Source of the DNA: Planctomycetota bacterium
GTDB lineage: Bacteria > Planctomycetota > PLA2 > JAEUHO01
NCBI GenBank assembly: GCA_965222115.1
Contig: CBDCTJ010000007.1
Location: 2,464,001 to 2,528,000 of the forward strand
Reading direction: 5' to 3'
Length of the DNA stretch: 64,000 nucleotides
Shown here: positions 18,207-27,731 of the stretch, piece after piece
Layout of the letters: every line of letters starts with the position of its first letter
How positions within the stretch are numbered: the stretch's first letter is position 1
Notes under the pieces: generated by a model
Database searches by the model: none
Told to the model about the DNA's origin: nothing
The model's input: only the letters and a program-made list of their open reading frames with translations
Made by a program: the position numbers and the translations under genes

Positions 18207-19646
18207 GTGTCGATGTACACAAAGAACGCCGAGTTCAAGGCCGGGGTCGTGGTCCTGCTTGCCATTCTTGGGTTCTTGGCCTTCCTGTACTTCGCCGGTG
18301 GATCCGAGAGCCCGTGGCGCGACTACCGCTATGTGCAGTTGCGCTTTCAACCGGGTTTCCTCGCACCCCGTCCTGGCGATCCCGTTCAAATGAATGGCGT
18401 TACGGTGGGGCGCGTTCACCATGTGAAGCAGCGGGAAGAGGTCCGTCGCAATGAGCAGTTGACGGTTGCCGATCGACGCAAGTTGGGCTTGAGGGCGGAT
18501 GAGCCGGGCGAAGTGCGCGAAATGTATGTGCTGGCGACCGTAAAGATGCCCGCCGATCAGGTAATACCGCAGGGCTCGGCGGCACTGATCGATCAGAACA
18601 TTGCGGGTGTGCGTCAACTGTCCCTTTTGCCGGGTGCCTCCACGGAAAACCTCACCGACGAACAGACCGCGTCGTCGCCGCTTCCGGCCAGCGAAGCGCC
18701 AGGCATCAAAGACGTCACCACCAATCTCAATGAACTGGTTGGCAAGTTGGACACGTTGGTGGTGAGTGCCGACGAAGTGTTGGTGGAGGCGCGCGACCTC
18801 ATCGCGACCGTGCAGGAAAAGGTGGACGCGCTCGACACCGCCACAGTCAACGATGAAGTGAAGGTCATCGCCAAGGCGGTGCGCGAAGCCATTGAGTCGT
18901 TGAAGGCTCGATTGGAGAGAATCGGTGCCAACATCGAAGAGGCGTCCGTTGATGCCAAGGCGATGACCAAGTCGGGCGTCGAGACGGTGGACGCCATTCG
19001 CGATGGGTTGGACAAGAATCTCGCTTCCCTCGAAGGCGTTATCACTCGACTCGACAAGATTATTGCCAAGGCCGAACCGCAGGTCGATAGCTTTCTTGTG
19101 AGCATGAACAACATGTCGCGCGACATGGAATCGGCCGCTAAGAACTTCAAATCTTTGTCCACCGAGTTTGCTGGAATCGGGCCCGACGCGAGGCGCATAC
19201 TCAATGATCTCGGCGTCGAGTTTGACGATGTAGTCAATACGTTGGGTGACATGGCGCGCAATCTGCTCGACGCCTCCGAGGATTTACGCGCCCGGCCCTG
19301 GCTGCTCACCAATAAGCCCGATCCGGGCGAGATCGCGTTCGACAACTTGCGCGCGGCGTCTCGCAACTACATGAAGGCGATGGCCGGTGCGCAACGTGCC
19401 ATGGTCAAACTGAGTCAGTTGCTGGCGCGCCCCGATGTCCACGATCCGCGTGTGCGCGCCATGATTCACGCCGCCATGCAGAACTACCAGGCATCCCTGG
19501 AGAAGTACCGCCGCGACGAAGCGCGCTGGACTCGCCTTTTTGAGACGGCGCCCAAGGGCGAGGGTGCCCGTGTCCCCCCACGCAATCCGGCACGCAGTGC
19601 ACACCCCGGAAATGCAAACCCCGGGAATGGCCAGCCGGGACGTTGA
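18207..19646 (+). CDS. mlaD: MlaD/MCE family protein with long coiled coil
   Basis: N-terminal TM (EFKAGVVVLLA), GDPVQMNGVTVGRV MCE motif, helical tail with RARPWLL. Confidence 0.85.
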   Translation: MSMYTKNAEFKAGVVVLLAILGFLAFLYFAGGSESPWRDYRYVQLRFQPGFLAPRPGDPVQMNGVTVGRVHHVKQREEVRRNEQLTVADRRKLGLRADEPGEVREMYVLATVKMPADQVIPQGSAALIDQNIAGVRQLSLLPGASTENLTDEQTASSPLPASEAPGIKDVTTNLNELVGKLDTLVVSADEVLVEARDLIATVQEKVDALDTATVNDEVKVIAKAVREAIESLKARLERIGANIEEASVDAKAMTKSGVETVDAIRDGLDKNLASLEGVITRLDKIIAKAEPQVDSFLVSMNNMSRDMESAAKNFKSLSTEFAGIGPDARRILNDLGVEFDDVVNTLGDMARNLLDASEDLRARPWLLTNKPDPGEIAFDNLRAASRNYMKAMAGAQRAMVKLSQLLARPDVHDPRVRAMIHAAMQNYQASLEKYRRDEARWTRLFETAPKGEGARVPPRNPARSAHPGNANPGNGQPGR

Positions 19647-19825
19647 CTCGGATTCTCCCGAATCAGAACCATCGGACCCGAGACATCAGGACGCGGCATC
19701 GATGATCGATTCGGCCGTGGTATCGGCGAGACGATTGTTGTGCATCTCGTACGGGGTTCTATGCTCCCAAGCCGATGAACGCCCTCACGAGGGTGCATCG
19801 ATCCAACATCAACAAGGAGAGCGCA

Positions 19826-20758
19826 ATGCGCAAGGTAGGCATGATCGGCGGTGGCAATGTAGGTGCCACATGCGCGTATCAAATCGCATCCGCCGGAATG
19901 GCCGACGTGGCGATTTACGACATTTTGGAAGGCGTCCCCGCTGGCAAAGCGCTGGACATGTCGCAAGTTGGTCCGGTCTTCGGATTTGACGGCGCGATCA
20001 CCGGAAGCCACGACGTGTCCATCATTGAGGGCTCCGAAGTTGTGGTGGTAACGGCAGGCTTTCCTCGCAAGGCCGGCATGGATCGTATGGACCTCCTGCG
20101 AAAAAACGTCGCGATTGCGCGCGCGAGCGGTGAAGCACTCAAGAAGTACGCACCCAACGCTGTGGTGATCGTGGTCACCAATCCACTTGATGTCATGACG
20201 TGGGTCATTCAGCAGTCCAGCGGTTTTCCGGCCGAGCGTGTCATCGGCATGGCGGGCGTGCTCGATTCTTCCCGATTCTCAACATTCATTCGCATGGAAC
20301 TTGGCGTGACGCCTAAGGATGTGAAAGCGATGGTGCTTGGTGGGCACGGCGACAGCATGGTTCCGCTTCCGCGGTTTAGTACCGTGAACGGTGTTCCGAT
20401 CACCGAACTCATGTCGGCCGAGCGCATTGAGGCGCTTAGCGACCGCACGCGTAAGGGCGGCGCCGAGATCGTGAAGCTACTTGGTACGGGAAGTGCGTTT
20501 TATGCGCCTGGTGCCAGCGCGGCCATCATGGCCGAGGCCGTACTCAATGACAGCAAGCGCTTGCTTCCCTGCAGTTGTTGGCTCAGCGGTCAGTACGGCA
20601 TCAACGACGTCTACCTCGGCGTGCCTGCCAAGCTCGGCAAGGGCGGCGTCGAGGAGATCATCGAACTCGACCTTCGTGACGACGAACTGAAGGCGCTCAA
20701 AGCATCGGCGGCAACAGTGGCCAAGGGCATTTCCGACGTTCAATCGTTGGATGCGTAG
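19826..20758 (+). CDS. mdh: LDH-like malate dehydrogenase
   Basis: IGGGNVG, TAGFPRKAGMDRMDL, VTNPLD, GGHGD; AGGAG RBS. Confidence 0.95.
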   Translation: MRKVGMIGGGNVGATCAYQIASAGMADVAIYDILEGVPAGKALDMSQVGPVFGFDGAITGSHDVSIIEGSEVVVVTAGFPRKAGMDRMDLLRKNVAIARASGEALKKYAPNAVVIVVTNPLDVMTWVIQQSSGFPAERVIGMAGVLDSSRFSTFIRMELGVTPKDVKAMVLGGHGDSMVPLPRFSTVNGVPITELMSAERIEALSDRTRKGGAEIVKLLGTGSAFYAPGASAAIMAEAVLNDSKRLLPCSCWLSGQYGINDVYLGVPAKLGKGGVEEIIELDLRDDELKALKASAATVAKGISDVQSLDA

Positions 20759-20774
20759 CGAGAGTTTCTGAATC

Positions 20775-21800
20775 ATGATTCGTGCCGTCATTCTCGGTGG
20801 GACCGGCTATGGCGGCATGGAACTGCTGCGCTACTTGCTGGGTCACGCAGACGTGGAGGTTGTGGCGCTCACGAGCCGAACCGACGAGCGTCCGGTCGGT
20901 GAGCGCTACCCACATTTGCGTGGGCTGACGGATCTTCACTTTACGAAGGAATCCGAAGGCGCACTTGAGACGTTGGCGGACGCATGCGACGTCGTGTTTT
21001 CGGCCAAGCCACACGGCGTTGGTTGCCATGAATTGCCGGCGCTCTTAGCCGCAGCACCCGAAGTGCGCGTGATCGACCTCTCAGGCGACTTTCGACTTCG
21101 AGACGCGGCGCTGTATCCAACGTGGTACGACTACGAGCATCCGTACCCCGCATGGTTGAGCAAGTCGGTGTATGGCCTCGCCGAGTGTGGACTGCGCGAC
21201 GCGATTTCGCGCGCGCGACTGGTCGCCAATCCCGGGTGCCACGCAAGCGCAACGGTGTTGGCGCTTTGGCCCGCGGTGGACGCCGGGCTGGTGAAGGGGC
21301 GCGTATCGGTTGTGAGTGTGACAGGATCGTCCGGTTCGGGGAGTTCCCCCAAAGCGGGCACGCACCATCCCGAGCGGTTTTCCAACTTTAAGGCGTATCG
21401 TCCGCTCAAACATCAACACCTGCCCGAAGTCGTTCAAGCGTTGGGTGGCGATACTCCCGTTGACTTCGTTCCCCACTCGGCGCCGGTTGCGCGGGGCATA
21501 CATGTGACGGCCTTTTTGCCGGTGGACAACGCGAATCTAGAGACCGTCATGTCGGCGTACGACGACCGCTACGCCGAGGAACCGTTCATGCGTTTACGTG
21601 AAGGCACGGTTGAGTTGCGCGCCTCCATGGGTACAAACTTCGTGGACATTGGCGTTACCGTGGCAGATGGCATTGCGGTGATTGCACTCGCGCAGGACAA
21701 TCTCGGCAAGGGGATGGCCGGTTCAGCCGTGCAAAATATGAACATTATGTTCGGCCTTCCTGAAATGAGCGGCCTGGATCGCGGAGGACCTGGACTTTGA
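20775..21800 (+). CDS. argC: N-acyl-gamma-glutamyl-phosphate reductase
   Basis: GGTGYGG, IDLSGDFR, ANPGC, DNLGKGMAG.AVQNMN. Confidence 0.92.
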   Translation: MIRAVILGGTGYGGMELLRYLLGHADVEVVALTSRTDERPVGERYPHLRGLTDLHFTKESEGALETLADACDVVFSAKPHGVGCHELPALLAAAPEVRVIDLSGDFRLRDAALYPTWYDYEHPYPAWLSKSVYGLAECGLRDAISRARLVANPGCHASATVLALWPAVDAGLVKGRVSVVSVTGSSGSGSSPKAGTHHPERFSNFKAYRPLKHQHLPEVVQALGGDTPVDFVPHSAPVARGIHVTAFLPVDNANLETVMSAYDDRYAEEPFMRLREGTVELRASMGTNFVDIGVTVADGIAVIALAQDNLGKGMAGSAVQNMNIMFGLPEMSGLDRGGPGL

Positions 21801-23059
21801 CCGCGAAGACCAATGAACCGTTGAATCCAAACGAGTCTCTGGATCCAAGAGGGGCGCGCCAACAGTTGGAAGGCGCCATTGGCGCCCTTCCACAAGAAAC
21901 GCCGGCCGTCACCGCCTTGGAAGATCGCTATCAAATAAAGACCTACGCCAAGTGGGGCTTGGCGCTTGCCGCAGGCAAAGGTGCGTGGGTGGAAGACGTC
22001 ACAGGGCGACGATTCCTGGACTTGTACGGCGGGCACTGCGTGGCCCTCGTGGGGCATTGCCATCCCACCCTTGTTACCGCGGTGCAGGCCCAGTGCGAGC
22101 GGTTGATGTTTTATAGCAATGCGGTCTACAGCGATGTGCGCGCGGTTGCAGTGGAGCGACTCTGCCAGTTGGCACCGGAACCACTGCAGTCGGTGTTTCT
22201 TTGCAACTCAGGTGCCGAAGCCAATGAGACCGCCCTCAAGATGGCGCGTAAGTTTACGGGGCGCCGCAACGTCGTTTCCATGAACGAGAGCTTCCATGGA
22301 CGCACGCTCGGGTGCCTTGGCGCTACCGGAATTGCCAAGTATCGCGATGCCGCGTACCCGATTCCGACCGAACATCGCTACATACCGCACGGCGACATGG
22401 ACGCGGCCAAAGCGGCGGTGGGCAACGACACGGCGGCAGTCATACTCGAACCGATTCCCTCCATGGGTGGCATTCAGTGCGCGCCCGATGGCTACCTGCC
22501 GGCCCTTCGTGCGCATTGCGATGCCGTCGGCGCGCTGCTGATCTTCGATGAAGTGCAAACGGGCTTTGGGCGCACCGGAACGATATTCTTTGGCGAACAC
22601 GAGCACGTCGTGCCGGATCTGATTACGGGCGCCAAAGGACTTGCCGGTGGATTCCCGGCGGGCGTTACGTTTGTGCACGAACGCATCGCTCGCACAGTGA
22701 AGAACGGCGACCAGGGAACGACATTTGGTGGGGGCCCGCTTGCGAGTGCCGCGATCGCGGCTACCGCCACTTTGATTCGCACGTTGGATCTACCCAAGAA
22801 TGCCGCACACGTTGGCAAACTCCTGTCCCGCGAGCTCAGCGCACTTGAGGGCGTTCAAGCCGTAACGGGTCGCGGTCTTCTGATCGGCATCGATTTGAAT
22901 CGGCCGGCCAAGGCCATCGCGTCGGCTCTCTTCGATGCGGGCATTCTTGTTGGCACGGCGGGAGGGCGTCTCAACCAACTGCGTCTCTTGCCTCCACTGA
23001 CCCTGACAGAAGGCGAAGCCTCAATGTTGATTCCCGCACTTCGTGACGCCTTGGCGTAG
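21797..23059 (+). CDS. argD: Acyl-ornithine aminotransferase (class III)
   Basis: CNSGAEANE, SFHGRT, IFDEVQTGFGRTG, AKGLAGG, TTFGGGPL. Confidence 0.9.
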   Translation: MTAKTNEPLNPNESLDPRGARQQLEGAIGALPQETPAVTALEDRYQIKTYAKWGLALAAGKGAWVEDVTGRRFLDLYGGHCVALVGHCHPTLVTAVQAQCERLMFYSNAVYSDVRAVAVERLCQLAPEPLQSVFLCNSGAEANETALKMARKFTGRRNVVSMNESFHGRTLGCLGATGIAKYRDAAYPIPTEHRYIPHGDMDAAKAAVGNDTAAVILEPIPSMGGIQCAPDGYLPALRAHCDAVGALLIFDEVQTGFGRTGTIFFGEHEHVVPDLITGAKGLAGGFPAGVTFVHERIARTVKNGDQGTTFGGGPLASAAIAATATLIRTLDLPKNAAHVGKLLSRELSALEGVQAVTGRGLLIGIDLNRPAKAIASALFDAGILVGTAGGRLNQLRLLPPLTLTEGEASMLIPALRDALA

Positions 23060-23068
23060 AGTTTCGCC

Positions 23069-23107
23069 ATGAGCTACCGTGCACACCGACGACGACACAG
23101 GCGCTAA
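23069..23107 (+). CDS. Arg-rich leader peptide MSYRAHRRRHRR
   Basis: ATG AGC TAC CGT GCA CAC CGA CGA CGA CAC AGG CGC TAA in the argD-argF' gap; 6 of 12 codons are Arg. Confidence 0.75.
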   Translation: MSYRAHRRRHRR

Positions 23108-23151
23108 GCCACTATTTTTTTCCGTCCTGTCGTCGAATCTCCTTTGGTGTG
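23082..23151 (+). promoter_or_regulatory. Attenuator-like hairpin pairing leader Arg codons with the argF' initiation region
   Basis: CACACCGA(23082-89) pairs with TTGGTGTG(23144-51); CGACGACA(23090-97) pairs with TGTCGTCG(23128-35); T7 tract at 23115-21. Confidence 0.65.
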
Positions 23152-23155
23152 AATC

Positions 23156-24199
23156 ATGAAGCCCGCTCCTGCCACGCTCCGGCACGTCCTAAACCTCTAT
23201 GATATGGATTCAGCGCGCTGGAATCGCCTACTTGATCTCTCTGAGTGCATGGCGGGTCCACTGGGTCGCGTCCATCACTTGCGCGGTAAACGTGTAGCGA
23301 TGGTCTTTTTCAATGCGTCGCTACGAACGCGGACCGCACTGGAAGTTGCGTGCTTTGATTTAGGCGCGCACGCCATCAATCTCAACGTGGGCGGTGGTTT
23401 GTGGAGCCTCGAGCATCGCGATGACGTCGAGATGGATGGGCCGCACGCGGAGCATGTGCGTGAAGGTTTTGGTGTGCTTGGTTGCATGACGGATGCCGTG
23501 GGCGTGCGCGTGTTCGCCTCGTTGACGGATGCCACGGAAGACGTGCGCGATCCCGCACTGAATGCCATTGCAGGCGCGTCCCCGGTACCCGTGCTCAATC
23601 TCGAGTCGGCCATGACCCATCCGCATCAGGGCTTGGCGGATGCGCTTACGGTGCGTCGCCGCTATCCCGGTGAACGTGTTCGTATCGCTCTCACGTGGGC
23701 ACCTCACATCAAGCCACTCCCACTCGCTGTGGCTCAGTCTGCGCTCATGGCATTTGCTCGTGAAGGTCACGAGGTGGTAGTGGCTCATCCCAAAGGCTAT
23801 GACCTCGCATCGAGCGCTGTGGAACACGCCAAGCGAATTGCAATGTCGTCGGGCGGAAGTGTGGCGGTTACGCATCAGCAAGACGAAGCATTGAACGGTG
23901 CGCGCGTGGTCTATGCCAAGAGTTGGGGGTCGCCGCAGTTCTACGGCGACGTGGACGCTTCGAAGGCTTCGTTGAGATCGCACGCCGATTGGAAGGTGAA
24001 TCGTTCCAAGATAGCACGGGGCCAAGATGCGGTATTCATGCACTGTCTACCCGTTCGCCGTGGCGTCGTTGTGGATGCCGATGTGCTCGATAGCGAAGCG
24101 AGTGTTGTTTTGGCGCAAGCCGAAGCACGTTTGCATGTTCAGAAAGCAACCCTCATGGACATCTTTGGTGTGGACGTGGGTCGAGGCCAAACGATATGA
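23156..24199 (+). CDS. argF: N-acetyl/N-succinyl-ornithine carbamoyltransferase (ArgF')
   Basis: FFNASLRTR, HPHQGLAD, TWAPHIKPLP Pro-rich loop and HCLPVRR, typical of AOTCase/SOTCase. Confidence 0.88.
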   Translation: MKPAPATLRHVLNLYDMDSARWNRLLDLSECMAGPLGRVHHLRGKRVAMVFFNASLRTRTALEVACFDLGAHAINLNVGGGLWSLEHRDDVEMDGPHAEHVREGFGVLGCMTDAVGVRVFASLTDATEDVRDPALNAIAGASPVPVLNLESAMTHPHQGLADALTVRRRYPGERVRIALTWAPHIKPLPLAVAQSALMAFAREGHEVVVAHPKGYDLASSAVEHAKRIAMSSGGSVAVTHQQDEALNGARVVYAKSWGSPQFYGDVDASKASLRSHADWKVNRSKIARGQDAVFMHCLPVRRGVVVDADVLDSEASVVLAQAEARLHVQKATLMDIFGVDVGRGQTI

Positions 24200-25116
24200 A
24201 AGACATTGGTATTCTTCGCGAAGCGCTGCCTTACTTGCGCCGCCACCGACGTCAGACCGTCGTTGTCAAGCTCGGCGGTGAAATAGCGGCCAATCCGCAA
24301 GCCTTGGACATGTTGGCCAAGAGCATTTCGTTGCTCACGCATGTCAACATTCGCATCATTACCGTGCATGGCGGTGGTCCGCAGGCCACCAAGCTTTCGG
24401 AGAAGCTCGGGCTCGAAACCAAGATGGTGCAGGGGCGTCGAATCACGGACGCAGCCACACTCGAGGTAGCCAAGATGGCATTTGCGGGGCAGATCAATGT
24501 GGACATTCTCGGTGCCCTGCGCGTTGCTGGCGTGCGCGCCGTGGGCCTGTCGGGGATCGACGCCGACATACTCATGGCCAGGCGCCGTCCACCTTCCGAG
24601 GTGCAAGACGTGGCTACGGGGCGTAAGGAGATTGTGGACTTTGGGCACGTGGGCGACATTGTGGAGGTGAACACCGAGTTGCTTTCCCTGTTGGTGGAGC
24701 ACGGCTATGTCCCGGTGATTTCGTCGCTGGGTTGTGATGACGATGGCAACGCGCTGAACGTAAACGCCGATACCGTTGCAATGGAGATCGCGCGGGACCT
24801 GCGAGCAAGCAAGCTGATTTCGCTTACAGGCGTCCCTGGGCTCCTGAAAGACAAAGACGATCCCACCAGCGTGATTTCACGATTGAGTCTGAGTGAGGCA
24901 CGCACGGCGCTCAGCGATGGAACGATCCAAGGCGGAATGATTCCCAAGGTGAAGACACTGATTGACGCCGTTGAAGGCGGCGTTCGCGCTGGCATCATAT
25001 TGTCGGGCCTCGATCACGACGCGCTCCTCGCCGAACTGTTTACGGACCGTGGTGTGGGCACGTTGATCGAGCGAGATGTTGATGAGAAGTCCGCGAGCCT
25101 CGGAGCCCCCGCGTGA
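24196..25116 (+). CDS. argB: Acylglutamate kinase
   Basis: VVKLGG, VHGGGPQ, GRRITD, NVNADT, GGMIPKV. Confidence 0.93.
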   Translation: MKDIGILREALPYLRRHRRQTVVVKLGGEIAANPQALDMLAKSISLLTHVNIRIITVHGGGPQATKLSEKLGLETKMVQGRRITDAATLEVAKMAFAGQINVDILGALRVAGVRAVGLSGIDADILMARRRPPSEVQDVATGRKEIVDFGHVGDIVEVNTELLSLLVEHGYVPVISSLGCDDDGNALNVNADTVAMEIARDLRASKLISLTGVPGLLKDKDDPTSVISRLSLSEARTALSDGTIQGGMIPKVKTLIDAVEGGVRAGIILSGLDHDALLAELFTDRGVGTLIERDVDEKSASLGAPA

Positions 25117-26183
25117 AGAACGTGACGGAACTACTTCAGGCGATCGTACGCATTCCCTCCGTTTCTGGGGAAGAGCACGCGTGCCGCGACTTTCTCGTTG
25201 ACTGGCTAAAAGACCAGGGCGTCAAGGCGTGGTCGTCGGGGCGTAATGTCTTGGCGACCGTGGAGGGCAAGCCATCCGCCCGTGATCGTGGCCTTCTATT
25301 GCTTACCCACATCGACGTGGTTCCTGTGGGGGATGGGTGGACACGAGATCCATGGGATGGCGCGCTTGAGGACGGATTCGTGTTCGGTCGTGGTTCCAAC
25401 GACGCCAAGTCAAGCGCTGCGTCGATGGCGTGGGTCGCGGCTCATGTCGACCCGGCACACATTGAGGGCCGCTTGGTTGTTGCGCTGGTTTGCGATGAGG
25501 AAACGGGCGGCGAAGGCATTGAAGTGTGTCGCGACGAGTTGCCTGCGTTCCAAGCGAGTGTGGTGGGGGAACCTACGGAACTCGATGTATGTCCGGGGCA
25601 ACGTGGTTTGTTTCGCGCAACGATTGTTGAACGCGGCAAACAGTGTCATGCAAGTCGGCCTTGGGAGGGCGCCAACGCAATTGACATGGCTGCTCGCGAT
25701 ATTGCCGCCATACACGAAATGGACTTGGGTGCCGCCGACGATCTGTTGGGTCCGGCAACGCTTCAAGTGACGGTGATCCAAGGTGGTACGCGACCCAATG
25801 TGTTGCCGGGAGAATGCACATTGGAACTCGACGGTCGCCCGTCGCCCACGTTTGACAATCAGGCGATGGAGCGTGCATTGAACGAAATCGCGAAGGGTGA
25901 CGTGACCATTCGCAGCAATCGCTTTTTTCCGGTGCGTACGGCCAATGATGAGGAAATCGTTCGTATTGCTGTTGAGTCAAGTCCCACGGGTAACGTCCGT
26001 GGGTTCGGCGGCGTGTCGGATCTCTTTCATGTGAGCCATCATCCCGGTGTCGTCATGGGCCCCGGCACCAGTGCGGCGAGTCATGCTGCCGATGAGTCGG
26101 TCGCCGTAGAACAGCTCGATAAGGCTGTCGTCGCATACGAAAGCATCGTTCGTGCATACTTGGCCCCGGGAGGGCGCGCATAG
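25113..26183 (+). CDS. argE: M20 deacylase (ArgE-like)
   Basis: THIDVVP, GRGSNDAK, DEE, GEPT, HAADE; lies within the arg operon. Confidence 0.8.
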   Translation: MKNVTELLQAIVRIPSVSGEEHACRDFLVDWLKDQGVKAWSSGRNVLATVEGKPSARDRGLLLLTHIDVVPVGDGWTRDPWDGALEDGFVFGRGSNDAKSSAASMAWVAAHVDPAHIEGRLVVALVCDEETGGEGIEVCRDELPAFQASVVGEPTELDVCPGQRGLFRATIVERGKQCHASRPWEGANAIDMAARDIAAIHEMDLGAADDLLGPATLQVTVIQGGTRPNVLPGECTLELDGRPSPTFDNQAMERALNEIAKGDVTIRSNRFFPVRTANDEEIVRIAVESSPTGNVRGFGGVSDLFHVSHHPGVVMGPGTSAASHAADESVAVEQLDKAVVAYESIVRAYLAPGGRA

Positions 26184-27610
26184 TGGCTGTCGAGCGATCA
26201 AAGAAACGATCAAAGAAACGATCGACGAAGAAGGGCGATCCCTTGCGAGGACGGTTTTCTGAACACACGGCCGAGGCGCTCGATCGCATCAATCGGTCCT
26301 ACCCCATCGATCGTCGCCTCTGGCGCGAAGACATTGAGGGCTCGCTCGCTCATGCGCGCATGCTGGGTGCAAAGGGCATTTTGAGTCAGGCATCGGTGAA
26401 ACGCATCGTGAAAGGCCTCCTAACGATTCACGGGGAGTTTGAAGCCCGTACGTTCAAGGCGTGTGCAACCGACGAGGACATTCACATGGCCGTCGAACGT
26501 CGCCTCGTCGAGTTGATTGGCGACGACGGTGCACGTCTCCATACGGGTCGCAGCCGCAACGATCAAGTGGCGACGGATTTGGAATTGTACTGCGCGCGGG
26601 CTGCCAAGCGTATTCAGGACGGGATTCGCGACGTGCAGGCGGCATTGGTTTCCGCCGCGACGGACGTGGATGACGCACTGGTGCCGTTCTATACCCATAT
26701 GCAACGTGCCCAGCCCATCGTCATGGCTCACGTGTTGCTTGCCTACGTAGAAATGCTTCAGCGTGATACGGACGCGTGTGCGTATGACCTCAATGCGTGC
26801 CCACTCGGGTCCGGCGCCGGGGCGGGCACAACCTATCCAATCGACCGCGCCATGACCGCCAAAGCGCTCGGTTTCCGTGGACCGTCTCGCAACAGTCTTG
26901 TTGGCGTGTCGTCGCGGCAAAATCTTGCCCGGCTACTATCAGGCTTTGCCGCGACCGCTACGACGCTGTCGCGCCTGGGTGGCGACATCATTTTATGGAC
27001 GACGCGCGAGTTCGGTTTTGCTCGTCTTGGTGACGATGTGTCAACGGGCTCAAGCATCATGCCGCAAAAGCGCAATCCCGATGGCGCGGAGCTTCTGCGA
27101 GGCAAGGCATCGCGAGTGATTGGCGCACTTCAGCGCGTGTTTGAGATTCAACGCGGGTTGCCGATGGGGTACTTCAAAGATCTCCAAGAAGACAAAGCGG
27201 CGCTCTTTGATGCTGAAGACACATTGCTCGACATGTTGGCCGTGGCATCCGCGATGATGCGCAGCATCGACTTTGATCGAGTGCGCATGGAGGCCGCGGT
27301 AGCGGAACCATCGGGGTATCTCATGGCGACGGAAGCCGCGGACTACCTTGTGTCTCGCGGTGTGTCCTTTCGCGAAGCCCATGAAGCGGTTGGCGCCCTC
27401 GTTCGTCTGGCCGAGACTCGGGACGTAGGGCTGGAAGCGCTCGACATCGACGACTTTAGGCGGCTGCATAGGAAGTTTGATGACGAGGTATTCACGGTAT
27501 TGGATCCCTTGACCGCCGTTAGACGTCGTCGAGCGATTGGGGGACCCTCCCCAGCCAACGTGCGTCGCGAACTTGCTCGTTGGCGCAAACGAATTGCCTC
27601 CTCCCACTAA
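26183..27610 (+). CDS. argH: Argininosuccinate lyase
   Basis: EDIHMAVE, HTGRSRNDQ, TGSSIMPQKRNPD, KDLQEDK. Confidence 0.96.
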   Translation: MAVERSKKRSKKRSTKKGDPLRGRFSEHTAEALDRINRSYPIDRRLWREDIEGSLAHARMLGAKGILSQASVKRIVKGLLTIHGEFEARTFKACATDEDIHMAVERRLVELIGDDGARLHTGRSRNDQVATDLELYCARAAKRIQDGIRDVQAALVSAATDVDDALVPFYTHMQRAQPIVMAHVLLAYVEMLQRDTDACAYDLNACPLGSGAGAGTTYPIDRAMTAKALGFRGPSRNSLVGVSSRQNLARLLSGFAATATTLSRLGGDIILWTTREFGFARLGDDVSTGSSIMPQKRNPDGAELLRGKASRVIGALQRVFEIQRGLPMGYFKDLQEDKAALFDAEDTLLDMLAVASAMMRSIDFDRVRMEAAVAEPSGYLMATEAADYLVSRGVSFREAHEAVGALVRLAETRDVGLEALDIDDFRRLHRKFDDEVFTVLDPLTAVRRRRAIGGPSPANVRRELARWRKRIASSH

Positions 27611-27731
27611 GCAGGGCCCTTGGACTCATCGACGCGCAATCGATAGGTCCTCGACGCGGACTCGACAATGACGGAGACGCCCTTCACCTCGTGCATCTTG
27701 GCGTACACTGGGGACTGGAGACGACGTCCCG

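Noticed and set aside
26196-26232. Tandem GATCAAAGAAAC repeat at the argH start (RSKK RSKK RSTKK)
   Set aside because: In-frame low-complexity N-terminal extension with no sign of phase variation.
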